DNA of 64,000 nucleotides from Candidatus Poribacteria bacterium (GCA_963663765.2 CAXXUA010000006.1:1-64000); one strand, 5' to 3'; numbered from the stretch's first letter, positions 43,581 through 54,684 are shown. Made by a program: numbers and translations. The notes: generated by a model not told the origin, from the sequence alone.

Positions 43581-43991
43581 TCAACTCACAATGCGCTGTT
43601 GTTCCAGCACCTCTATTTTTCGGTAAAGTTCCTCAAGTTTTCTCTCAAACTCCCTTTGTTGTCTGCCTTGCAGCACAGAGATGAACTGCGGAATGCCGAT
43701 AGCAACAACAATCAACGCAATCAATCCATAAGTGATGTTGATGCCATACGTGACCCGTTTATCTACACTCTGAATCTCTTTTTCAACAGAATCAAATCTG
43801 ACATTCACATAATCCTTCATCCGTGCTTCGGACGCGGCTATCTCTTGCTTTAACTCTTTCTTGGCTACTGCTATCTCATCCTTGACAACTAACCTGATCT
43901 TATCCAGGTCTTCGGTAGATAGCGAGACTTGACTGAATGCTGGCACAGCGATAAGACTATATAAGATTGCGGTTATGCATAAAGTTTTCAT
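43581..43991 (-). CDS. Small signal peptide/coiled-coil/TM protein, copy 1 (136 aa)
   Basis: AAGGAG RBS; signal peptide; coiled coil; hydrophobic helix GLIALIVVAIGIP; five paralogues in window. Confidence 0.8.
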   Translation of the reverse strand: MKTLCITAILYSLIAVPAFSQVSLSTEDLDKIRLVVKDEIAVAKKELKQEIAASEARMKDYVNVRFDSVEKEIQSVDKRVTYGINITYGLIALIVVAIGIPQFISVLQGRQQREFERKLEELYRKIEVLEQQRIVS

Positions 43992-44013
43992 TTGCGGGGC
44001 TCCTTGTATGCAT

Positions 44014-44042
44014 AGTGTAGTCTATTTATATTTGTTTGTCAA
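44014..44042 (-). promoter_or_regulatory. Sigma70-like promoter conserved upstream of all five small-protein copies
   Basis: TTGACA-17 bp-TACACT on the minus strand. Confidence 0.65.
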
Positions 44043-44449
44043 TAGGTTTCTTAAGGTAGGGCGTGTAAAGTTTTGGTTACTGTGCCGTAGGGGCGGGGTC
44101 TCCCCGCCCGAATAGAGGCTAATGCGGGCGAAGAAAACTCGCCCCTACGATGTCCACTATTCCCTTGTTACCCAACTTGTGGGAAGGGTATTCAACCCCG
44201 ATTTAACAAGTAGGCGGTGAATGCCTAAATGGCATTCATACCGTTGATTTCTTGATTACTTGATTTGGTGCTTTGTAAGCGCGCCCTCTTGTCCGAACAA
44301 GGATTTACAGGATTTTCGGATTACCAGGATTTACCATATCCAGGGTTTCTGCTGAAGGAAAGTCTATCTTCGGAATGGAAACCAACCGCTTCAGACACTA
44401 ATCCTGATAATCCAGTAAATCCTGGTTCAGACAAATAAAACCCGCGTCA

Positions 44450-44818
44450 TCAATTCACAATGCGTTGTTGTTCCAGCACCTCTATTTTTCGGTAAAGCTC
44501 CTCAAGTTTTCTCTCAAACTCCCTTTGTTGTCTGCCTTGCAGCACAGAGATGAACTGCGGAATGCCGATAGCAAAAACAATCAACGCAATCAATCCGTAA
44601 GTGATGTTGATGCCATACGTTACACGTTTATCAACAGAATCAAATCTGACATTCACATAATCCTTGATCCGTGCTTCGGACGCGGCTATCTCTTCCTTGA
44701 CGACATCGTTGACAATCAACCTGATCTTATCCAGGTCTTCGGTAGATAACGAGACTTGACTGAATGCTGGCACAGCGATAAGACTATATAAAATTGCGGT
44801 GATGCATAAAGTTTTCAT
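44450..44818 (-). CDS. Small coiled-coil/TM protein, copy 2 (122 aa)
   Basis: Near-identical paralogue, two heptads shorter than copy 1. Confidence 0.8.
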   Translation of the reverse strand: MKTLCITAILYSLIAVPAFSQVSLSTEDLDKIRLIVNDVVKEEIAASEARIKDYVNVRFDSVDKRVTYGINITYGLIALIVFAIGIPQFISVLQGRQQREFERKLEELYRKIEVLEQQRIVN

Positions 44819-45630
44819 TTACGGGGCTCCTTGTATGCATAGTGTAGTCTATTTATATTTGTTTGTCAATAGGTTTCTTAAGGTAGGGCGTGTAAAGAGG
44901 TAGGGCGTGTAAAGTTTTGGTTACTGTGCCGTAGGGGCGGGGTCTCCCCGCCCGAATAGAGGCTAATGCGGGTGAGGTAATCTCGCCCCTACGATGTCCA
45001 CTATTCCCTTGTTCCCCAACTTGTGGGAGGGGTTTTCAAACCCGACTTTAACCAGTAGGCGGGGAATGCCTAAAGAAGCATGCGCGTATGGCATGCTCCA
45101 TGATTCATACCCGGGGAATGCTTAAAAGGCATTCATACCGTTGATTACTTGATTTGGTGCTTTGTAAGCGCGCCCCTCTTGCAGGCGGGGAATGCCTAAA
45201 GAAGCATGCGCGTATGGCATGCTCCATGATTCATACCCGGGGAATGCCAAAAGGCATTCATACCGTTGATTACTTGATTTGGTGCTTTGTAAGCGCGCCC
45301 TCTTGTCTGAACCAGGATTCACAGGATTTTCGGATTACCAGGATTTACCATATCCAGGGTTTCTGCTCAAGGAAAGTCTATCTTCGGAATGGAAACCAAT
45401 CGCTTCAGACACTAATCCTGGAAATCTGCTAATCCTGTCCATCCTGGTTCAGACAGAACATGTTGTGGGAGGGGTTTTCAACCCCGATTTAGCAATTTGA
45501 AACCTATATACTCGGGGTTACAAACCCCTCCCACAAGAAGGGTGTTTGATATGTGTATATGATCATTTCGGAATAGGATGTGATGGGATAATCCTGAAAA
45601 TCCTGGGTCAGACAAATAAAACCCGTGTCA

Positions 45631-46020
45631 TCAGCTCACAATGCGCTGTTGTTCCAGCACCTCTATTTTTCGGTAAAGTTCCTCAAGTTTTCTCTCAAAG
45701 TCCCTTTGTTGTCTGCCTTGCAACACAGATATGAACTGCGGAATGCCGATAGCAAAAACAATCAACGCAATCAATCCATAAGTGATGTTGATGCCATACG
45801 TGACACGTTTATCTACACTCTGAATCTCTTTTTCAACAGAATCAAATCTGACATTCACATAATCCTTGATCCGTGCTTCGGACGCGGCTATCTCTTCCTT
45901 GACGACATCGTTGACAATCAACCTGATCTTATCCAGGTCTTTGGTAGATAACGAGACTTGACTGAATGCTGGCACAGCGATAAGACTATATAAGATTGCG
46001 GTTATGCATAAAGTTTTCAT
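45631..46020 (-). CDS. Small coiled-coil/TM protein, copy 3 (129 aa)
   Basis: Paralogue carrying the EKEIQSV heptad. Confidence 0.8.
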   Translation of the reverse strand: MKTLCITAILYSLIAVPAFSQVSLSTKDLDKIRLIVNDVVKEEIAASEARIKDYVNVRFDSVEKEIQSVDKRVTYGINITYGLIALIVFAIGIPQFISVLQGRQQRDFERKLEELYRKIEVLEQQRIVS

Positions 46021-46327
46021 TTGCGTGGCTCCTTGTATGCATAGTGTAGTCTATTTATATTTGTTTGTCAATAGGTTTCAATGGGGTTTTCAACCCCGAC
46101 CGTCAAAACACATGTGACGTCCTCCGTGCTTTTGTCTGAACCAGGATTTTCAGGATTTACGGATTTACAGGATTATGAGTTTGGAGCGTTATGCTGCTAA
46201 CCACAAGTAAGCATAAACGCGCATCATATATACCTGGATGTGGGAAATCCTTGTAATCTGTAAATCCCGGGGAATGCTATATAGCATTCATACCGTTGAT
46301 TTGAAATCCTGGTTCAGATAACCAACA

Positions 46328-47380
46328 TCACTCACTAACATCCCACATGCGCACGGTGTTGTCCACACTCCCACTTGCGATTGTGCTACCATCCGGACTG
46401 AACGCGACGCTCAAGACATTACCCGAATGCCCTGTGAGTGTGCGGATATGCGTGCCACTGTTTGCGTTCCACAATCGGATGGTATCGTCAGGACTGCCAC
46501 TTGCGAGTGTGCTACCATCCGGACTGAACGCGACGCTTACGACATAATGCGTATGCCCTGTGAGTGTGCGGAGATGTGTGCCGTTGCTTGCATTCCACAA
46601 ACGGATGGTATCGTCCCCAATCCCACTTGCGAGTGTGCTACCATCTGGACTGAACGCTACGCTGTTGACCCAATCCGTCTGTCCTGTGAGCGTGCGGATA
46701 TGTGTGCCAAAGTTTGGGTTCCACAAACGGATGGTATCGTCCGCACTGCCACTTGCGATTGTGCTACCATCCGGACTGAACGCTACGCTGTTGACCCTAT
46801 CCGTATGCCCTGTGAGCCTGCGGAGATGTGTGCCGTTGCTTGCATTCCACAAACGGATAGTAGCGTCATTACTCCCACTTGCGATTGTGCTACCATCCGG
46901 ACTAAATGCTACGCTCCTGACACTACTCGTATGCCCTGTCAACGTGCCGATATTTGTGCCATTGTTTGTGTCCCACACACGAACGGTTCTGTCCCCACTG
47001 CCACTTGCGATTGTGCTACCATCCGGACTAAACGATACGGTGTAGACATTATCCGTATGCCCTGATAGTATACGTATCTGTCTGCCATCGCTCGTGTTCC
47101 ACAAACGGATGGTATCGTCATTACTCCCACTTGCGATTGTGCTCCCATCAGGACTAAAAGCTACGCTGTTGACATAACCCGTATGCCCAACAAGTGTGCC
47201 TTCATAATAGGTTCTTTCAGGTTCTGGTGGTGGGTCTACGGGTGTTTGTGTGCCGTTATCCATTTTATCGTCATCCATCACCATTTTGTCGTCTTCTATA
47301 GGTGTGGTGGTCTCATCACCGCCGCACGCAACGAGCATCATGGCGAGGAATATGCTGAGTATCACTAAACTTCTTTTCAT
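46328..47380 (-). CDS. WD40 lipoprotein (7 blades)
   Basis: AAGGAG RBS; MKRSLV...LVAC lipobox; 7 repeats. Confidence 0.92.
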   Translation of the reverse strand: MKRSLVILSIFLAMMLVACGGDETTTPIEDDKMVMDDDKMDNGTQTPVDPPPEPERTYYEGTLVGHTGYVNSVAFSPDGSTIASGSNDDTIRLWNTSDGRQIRILSGHTDNVYTVSFSPDGSTIASGSGDRTVRVWDTNNGTNIGTLTGHTSSVRSVAFSPDGSTIASGSNDATIRLWNASNGTHLRRLTGHTDRVNSVAFSPDGSTIASGSADDTIRLWNPNFGTHIRTLTGQTDWVNSVAFSPDGSTLASGIGDDTIRLWNASNGTHLRTLTGHTHYVVSVAFSPDGSTLASGSPDDTIRLWNANSGTHIRTLTGHSGNVLSVAFSPDGSTIASGSVDNTVRMWDVSE

Positions 47381-47672
47381 AATATTCTCCTTTTGTATGT
47401 AATATTTGGACATATTACATCATAAACAAAAACATGTCAATGTAGGCGTGCATTGTCCGCGCGCCCTCTTGTCTGAACCAGGATTTACAGGATTACCAGA
47501 TTATCAGGATTATGAGTTTGGCGCATTATGCTGCTAACCACAAGTAAGCATAAACGCGCATCATATATACCTGGATGTGGGAAATCCTTGTAATCTGTAA
47601 ATCCCGGGGAATGCTATATAGCATTCATACCGTTGATTTCTTGATTTGAAATCCTGGTTCAGAGAACCAACA

Positions 47673-48695
47673 TCACTCACGCACATCCCACATGCGCACG
47701 GTGCTGTCATAACTACCACTGGCGAGGGCATTACCATCTGGACTAAACGCGACGCTGGTGACAAAATCAGTATGTCCTGTTAGCGTGCGGATATGTGTGC
47801 CATCATTTGCGTTCCACAAACGGATGGTCTCGTCAGGACTGGCACTGGCGAGGGCATTACCATCCGGACTAAACGCGACGCTCCAGACATCCAACTCATG
47901 TCCTGTTAGCGTGCGGATATGCGTGCCATCATTTGAGTTCCATACGCGCACGGTTTTGTCCGCACTGGCACTGGCGAGGGCATTACCATCCGGACTAAAC
48001 ACTACGCTGTTGACAGTTCCCGTATGCCCTGTGAGTGTGCGCTTATGTGTGCCATCATTTGCGTTCCATACGCGCACGGTGTTGTCCCTACTTCCACTCG
48101 CAAGGGTGCTACCATCCGGACTGAACGCGACGCTCAAGACATTACGCGAATGCCCTGTGAGTGTGCGGATATGCGTGCCACTGTTTGCGTTCCACAAACG
48201 GATGGTATCGTCCTGACTTCCACTTGCGAGTGTGCTGCCATCCGGACTGAATGCTACGCTTACGGCACCATCCGTATGCCCTGATAATATACGTATCAGT
48301 CTACCATCGTTCGTGTCCCACAATCGGATGGTATCGTCCCAACTCCCACTTGCGAGTGTGCTCCCATCCGGACTGAACGCTACGCTTACGGCACCACCCG
48401 TATGCCCTGATAATATACGTATCAGTCTACCATCGTTCGTGTCCCATAATCGGATGGTATCGTCCCAACTCTCACTTGCGATTGTGCTCCCATCCGGACT
48501 GAACGCTACGCTTCCGACAGCATCCGTATGCCCTTCAAGTGTGCCTTCATAATAGGTTCTGTCAGGATCTACTACGGGTGTTTGTGTGCCGTTATCCATT
48601 TTGTCGTCTTCTACGGGCGTGGTGGTCTCATCACCACCGCACGCAACGAGCATCATGGCGAGGAAGATGCTGAGTATCAATAAACTTCTTTTCAT
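47673..48695 (-). CDS. WD40 lipoprotein (7 blades)
   Basis: Lipobox LVAC; 7 repeats, blades 1-3 share recently duplicated segments. Confidence 0.92.
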   Translation of the reverse strand: MKRSLLILSIFLAMMLVACGGDETTTPVEDDKMDNGTQTPVVDPDRTYYEGTLEGHTDAVGSVAFSPDGSTIASESWDDTIRLWDTNDGRLIRILSGHTGGAVSVAFSPDGSTLASGSWDDTIRLWDTNDGRLIRILSGHTDGAVSVAFSPDGSTLASGSQDDTIRLWNANSGTHIRTLTGHSRNVLSVAFSPDGSTLASGSRDNTVRVWNANDGTHKRTLTGHTGTVNSVVFSPDGNALASASADKTVRVWNSNDGTHIRTLTGHELDVWSVAFSPDGNALASASPDETIRLWNANDGTHIRTLTGHTDFVTSVAFSPDGNALASGSYDSTVRMWDVRE

Positions 48696-49023
48696 AATAA
48701 ACTCCTTTTATGTGTAATATTTGGACATAATACATCACAAACGAATATATGTCAATTATTTTGTCTCACTTGGGGTGTGTATGATGCATCTTGTGGGAGT
48801 GGTTTTCAACATAATCCTGGTTCAGACAGAATCACGGATTACACAGATTACACGGAAGACGCGTAGAAGAGTTACTGCATCAAGGTGTTTTGCAGAGGAT
48901 AGGCGTATTCTAAGGGATAGGATTTGTGGGATCTTATCCGCGTCTTCTGTGTAATCCGCGTAATCTACGATTCTGAACGCCAATCTCCGTGTAATCCGTG
49001 ATTCCGCACACCAATCCGCGTCA

Positions 49024-49392
49024 TCAACTCACAATGCGCTGTTGTTCCAGCACCTCTATTTTTCGGTAAAGTTCCTCAAGTTTTCTCTCATATTCCCTTT
49101 ATTGTCTGCCTTGCAACACAGAGATGAACTGCGGAATGCCGATAGCAACAACAATCAAAGCAATCAATCCGTAAGTGATGTTGATGCCATACGTGACCCG
49201 TTTATCTACAGAATCAAATCTGACATTCACATAATCCTTCATCCGTGCTTCGGACGCGGTTATCTCTTCCTTGACGACATCGTTGACAATCAACCTGATC
49301 TTATCCAGGTCTTCGGTAGATAACGAGACTTGACTGAATGCTGGCACAGCGATAAGACTATATAAGATTGCGGTTATGCATAAAGTTTTCAT
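49024..49392 (-). pseudogene. Small coiled-coil/TM protein, copy 4, nonsense CAA>TAA at 49099-49101
   Basis: Homology to the paralogues continues past the stop. Confidence 0.75.
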
Positions 49393-50207
49393 TTGCGGGA
49401 CTCCTTGTATGCATAGTGTAGTTTATTTATATTTGTTTGTCAATAGGTTTCTTAAGGTAGGGCGTGTAAAGAGGTAGGGCGTGTAAAGTTTTGGTTACTG
49501 TGCCGTAGGGGCGGGGTCTCCCCGCCCGAATAGAGGCTAATGCGGGTGAGGTAATCTCGCCCCTACGATGTCCACTATTCCCTTGTTCCCCAACTTGTGC
49601 GAGGGGTTTTCAAACCCGACTTTAACCAGTAGGCTGGGAATGCCTAAAGAAGCATGCGCGTATGGCATGCTCCATGATTCATACCCGGGGAATGCTTAAA
49701 AGGCATTCATACCGTTGATTACTTGATTTGGTGCTTTGTAAGCGCGCCCCTCTTGCAGGCGGGGAATGCCTAAATGGCATGCGCGTATGGCATGCTCCAT
49801 GATTCATACCCGGGGAATGCCAAAAGGCATTCATACCGTTGATTACTTGATTTGGTGCTTTGTAAGCGCGCCCTCTTGTCTGAACCAGGATTCACAGGAT
49901 TTTCGGATTACCAGGATTTACCATATCCAGGGTTTCTGCTCAAGGAAAGTCTATCTTCGGAATGGAAACCAACCGCTTCAGACACTAATCCTGATAATCC
50001 AGTAAATCCTGGTTCAGACAGAACATGTTGTGGGAGGGGTTTTTAACCCCGATTTAGCAATTTGAAACCTATATACTCGGGGTTACAAACCCTCCCACAA
50101 GAAGGGTGTTTGATATGTGTTTATGATCATTTCGGAATAGGATGTGATGGGATAATCCTGAAAATCCTGGGTCAGACAAATAGGACCATTTCTGTTTGGT
50201 GAGTATG

Positions 50208-50468
50208 TCAACCGACAGCGATGGCGTAATCGGTTAAAGATGGACTCCGCATCTTTGCACGTTTAGCTGCCTCTACTAATTCCTTGACAGTGTCAATGAG
50301 TGCATCCACTGTTTCAGGTGTGAAGGAGGGTTCTCCATCTTCTGGACACACCCATGCCCAGACCTTCTCTACGCGAACCGATATGTCGTCTTCGGTATAC
50401 TCAAAGACCGTTTGCCGCCACACTTTTTCTGTCTTATGTTCTGTGCAGATGGGTTTCGGGTTTGTCAT
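50208..50468 (-). CDS. YgiT-type zinc-finger protein (putative antitoxin)
   Basis: CTEH...VWAWVCPEDGEPSFTPET; lies downstream of a DUF4258-like gene. Confidence 0.7.
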   Translation of the reverse strand: MTNPKPICTEHKTEKVWRQTVFEYTEDDISVRVEKVWAWVCPEDGEPSFTPETVDALIDTVKELVEAAKRAKMRSPSLTDYAIAVG

Positions 50469-50474
50469 GGTATG

Positions 50475-50738
50475 TTACCTCTTTCTGCTTTTCCTACGTT
50501 GAAAGGTCGGTGGTTCCCATTGGAGTACATCAGGAATATAGGCGGTTATGATGTCAAGAATCACTGGTTGTGCATGCTCACAGACAACATGCAGATAGAC
50601 ATGTGTGCCATCCTCAAGCATTGTCATACCACTGATTAAGACTCGTTTATCTTCTGGATATTCCTCTATGATCTCGCCATTGAGAATTGCCTCAAGAATA
50701 TGCTTACGTTCAAATCCTTCTTTCAACGCATGCTGCAC
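50475..50738 (-). CDS. DUF4258-like protein (putative toxin), 5' end possibly degraded
   Basis: HA...ILEAILNGEIIEEYPED...LHVVC...IITAYIPD..W. Confidence 0.75.
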   Translation of the reverse strand: MQHALKEGFERKHILEAILNGEIIEEYPEDKRVLISGMTMLEDGTHVYLHVVCEHAQPVILDIITAYIPDVLQWEPPTFQRRKSRKR

Positions 50739-51713
50739 AGCATGTGGTTTGGTAATGACCTGCGTGGATTCTATTCTGTATCGTTTTTTATATTCAAGAT
50801 TACTTTTCCATTAGCAGGTAAGGACACATGCTACCAATATTCATTAAAGGATATACTATAAAGGATATACTATTTTTGGACATTTGTCAATTGCTTTTTC
50901 AAAATCTGGCGTGTAAAGTTTTGGTTACTGTGCCGTAGGGGCGGGGTCTCCCCGCCCGAATAGAGGCTAATGCGGGCGAGGAAATCACGCCCCTACGATG
51001 TCCACTGTTCCCTTGTTCCCCAACTTGTGGGAAGGGTTTTCAACCCCGGCTTTAACCAGTAGGCTGGGAATGCCTAAAGAAGCATGCGCGTATGGCATGC
51101 TCCATGATTCATACCCGGTGAATGCCAAAAGGCATTCATACCGTTGATTACTTGATTTGATGCTTGTAAGCGCGCCCCTTCCCCTCTTGCAGGCGTGCTT
51201 TGTAAGCGCGCCCCTCTTGCAGGCGGGGAATGCCTAAAGGAGCATGCGCGTATAGCATGCTCCATGATTCATACCCGGGGAATACCATAAGGTATTCATA
51301 CCGTTGATTACTTGATTTGGTGCTTTGTCCGCGCGCCCTCTTGTCTGAACCAGGATTCACAGGATTACCAGATTACCAGGATTTCCAACATCCAGGAATA
51401 TATGATCTGCATTTATGCTTACTTTTGGTTAGCAGCATAATGAGCCAAACTCATAATCTTGAAAATCTGGTAATCCCGGGGAATGCCATAAGGCATTCAT
51501 ACCGTTGATTTCTTGATTTGTAAATCCTGGTTCAGACAGAACATGTTGTGGGAGGGGTTTTCAACCCCGATTTAGCAATTTGAAACCTAAATACTCGGGG
51601 TTACAAACCCCTCCCACAAGATGGGTGTTTGATATGTGTATATGATCATTTCGGAATAGGATGTGATGGGATAATCCTGAAAATCCTGGTTCGGACAAAT
51701 AAAACCCGCGTCA

Positions 51714-52103
51714 TCAACTCACAATGCGTTGTTGTTCCAGCACCTCTATTTTTCGGTAAAGATCCTCAAGTTTTCTTTCAAAGTCCCTTTGTTGTCAGCC
51801 TTGCAGCACAGAGATGAACTGCGGAATGCCGATAGCAAAAACAATCAACGCAATAAATCCATAAGTGATGTTGATGCCATACGTGACCCGTTTATCTACA
51901 CTCTGGATCTCTTTTTCAACAGAATCAAATCTGACATTCACATAATCCTTGATCCGTGCTTCGGACGCGGCTATCTCTTCCTTGACGACATCGTTGACAA
52001 TCAACCTGATCTTATCCAGGTCTTCGGTAGATAGGGAGACTTGACTGAATGCTGGCACAGCGATAAGACTATATAAGATTGCGGTTATGCATAAAGTTTT
52101 CAT
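51714..52103 (-). pseudogene. Small coiled-coil/TM protein, copy 5, nonsense AGA>TGA at 51795-51797
   Basis: Homology to the paralogues continues past the stop. Confidence 0.75.
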
Positions 52104-52377
52104 TTGCGGGGCTCCTTGCATGCATAGTGTAGTCTATTTATATTTGTTTGTCAATAGGTTTCTATGGGGTTTTCAACCCCGACCGTCAAAACACATGTGA
52201 CGTCCTCCGTGCTTTTGTCTGAACCAGGATTTTCAGGATTTACGGATTTACAGGATTATGAGTTTGGCGCGTTATGCTGCTAACCACAAGTAAGCATAAA
52301 CGCGCATCATATATACCTGGATGTGGGAAATCCTGTAAATCTGCTAATCCTGTCCATCCTGGTTCAGACAATCAACA

Positions 52378-53300
52378 TCACTCACGCACATCCCACATGC
52401 GCACGGTGTCGTCATAACTGCCACTTGCGAGTGTGCTACCATCAGGACTGAACGCTACGCTTACGACATCATTTGTATGCCCTGTGAGTGTGCGGATATG
52501 TGTGCCATCGTTCGCATTCCACAAACGGATGGTGTTGTCCCGACTGGCACTGGCGAGCGTACTCCCATCCGGACTAAACGCTACGCTGCGGACCCTACCC
52601 GGATGCCCTGTGAGTGTGCGGATATGGTTGCCGTCATTTGCGTTCCACAAACGGATGGTGTTGTCAAAACTACCACTTGCGAGTGTGCTACCATCCGGAC
52701 TAAACGTTACGCTGTTGACATAATCCGTATGCCCTGTGAGCGTGCGGATGTGCGTACCGTTATTTGCGTTCCACAAACGGATAGTGTGGTCTCTACTACC
52801 ACTTGCGATTGTGCTACCAACCGACCGAACGCTACGCTGGTGACTTGCGACGTATGCCCTGTGAGTGTGCGGATATGTGTGCCGTTGCTTGCATTCCACA
52901 AACGGATGGTTATGTCCATACTCCCACTGGCGACTGTGCTACCATCAGGACTAAACGCTACGCTTAAGACCCAACTCGTATGTCCTGTGAGTGTGCGGAT
53001 ATGGTTGCCGTCATTTGCGTTCCACAAACGGATGGTATTGTCCTCACTCCCACTTGCGATTGTGCTCCCATCAGGACTAAAAGCTACGCTTGTGACATAA
53101 CCCGTATGTCCTACGAGCGTGCCTTCATAATAGGTTCTTTCAGGTTCTGGTGGTGGGTCTACGGGTGTTTGTGTGTCGTTATCCATTTTATCGTCATCCA
53201 TCACCATTTTGTCGTCTTCTATAGGCGTGGTGGTCTCATCACCACCGCACGCAACGAGCATCATGGCGAGGAATATGCTGAATATCACTAAACTCCTTTT
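52378..53300 (-). pseudogene. WD40 lipoprotein pseudogene (6 blades)
   Basis: 17-bp deletion removes the ATG relative to 47380; 1-bp frameshift near 52820. Confidence 0.85.
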
Positions 53301-53428
53301 GTATGTAATATTTGGACATATTATATCATAAACGAAAACATGTCAATTGTTTTGTCTCACTTGTAGGCGTGCTTGTAAGCGCGCCCCTCTTGTGTGAGGT
53401 TTTTCTCTTGTGGGAGGGGTTTCAACCC

Positions 53429-54170
53429 CATAGGTGTCAACTTAAGAAAAAGTCAAGTGCTAAATACCCCATCCCGGTAGGCGTGCTTGTAAGTGCGCCG
53501 ATAAACACAGGATTGGCAACGGCGCGCTTACAAAGCACGCCTGCAGGTGAGTGCAGTTGGGGGGCGCGCTTACAAAGCACGCCTGCAGGTGAGTGCAGTT
53601 GGGGGGCGCGCTTACAAAGCACTCCTGCGGATGAGTGCAGTTGGGGGGCGCGCTTACAAAGCGCGCCAGCAGGTGAGTGCGGGGCGCGCTTACAAAGCAC
53701 GCCTGCATTTTTTGGGAGTATGGAGCGCGCTTACAAAGCACGCCTGCAGGTGAGTGCAGTTGGGGGGCGCGCTTACAAAGCACGCCTGCGGATGAGTGCA
53801 GTTGGGGGGCGCGCTTACAAAGCACGCCTGCATTTTTTGGGAGTATGGAGCGCGCTTACAAAGCACGCCTGCAGGTGAGTGCAGTTGGGGGGCGCGCTTA
53901 CAAAGCACGCCTGCATTTTTTGGGAGTATGGAGCGCGCTTACAAAGCGCGCCTGCAGTGGGTATGCCAGCAGGTGAGTGCGGGGCGCGCTTACAAAGCAC
54001 GCCTGCATTTTTTGGGAGTATGGAGCGCGCTTACAAAGCGCACCTGCAGTGGGGTATGCCAGCAGGTAAGTGCGGGGCGCGCTTACAAAGCACGTCTACC
54101 TTGAGTGAGAAAATCGGGATTTCAAGGTTTCCCTCCTACAATAATATGAATCGCTAAGTTGACACCTATG
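53429..54170. mobile_element. Expanded type D MITE holding 14 tandem REP copies plus one inverted copy
   Basis: TIR cataggtgtcaactta/taagttgacacctatg; ~18-19-bp TSD tgggaggggttt(t)caaccc; GCGCGCTTACAAAGCACGCCTGC units 53521-54100. Confidence 0.85.
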
Positions 54171-54684
54171 TGGGAGGGGTTTTCAACCCCGACTGTGCCC
54201 CTCTTGCAGGCGTGCTTTGTAAGCGCGCCCCTTTTGTGGTGCGAATTGTCTGAACCAGGATTCACAGGATTTACGGATTTTCAGGATTTTTCTCATCAAG
54301 GTTTTTTGCTGTGCGTTTATGCTTACTTTTGGATAGGGTCAGACTGCACCAAACTCAAAATCCTGGAAATCTGCTAATCCCGGGGAATGCCATTGGGCGA
54401 ATGCGCGTATGGCATTCGCCATGATTCATACCCGGGGAATGCTTTTTAGCATTTATACCCGGGGAATGCCTAAAGAAGCATGCGCGTGTGGCATGCTCCA
54501 TGATTCATACCGTTGATTTCTTGATTTCTTGATTTGAAAATCCTGGTTCAGACAAAACAACCCCAATGTAAACCAAAAATTCATACCATCGTTAGACATA
54601 ATGTTTTACAAAGCATGCTGAGTAAATAAACATATCAAATAAAAAATTTTGAACACAAACAAAAGTCATAAGGAGACTAAACGA

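Noticed and set aside
43490-53400. Classical integron with attC sites
   Set aside because: Element H has AAC...GTT ends, but GTTCAGA does not fit GTTRRRY, genes carry their own promoters, and no intI is in the window.
53521-54100. CRISPR array or coding ORFs (ARLQSTPA / CFVSAP repeats)
   Set aside because: Linkers are short and recurrent; the ORFs are translations of REP repeats without RBS or domain signal.
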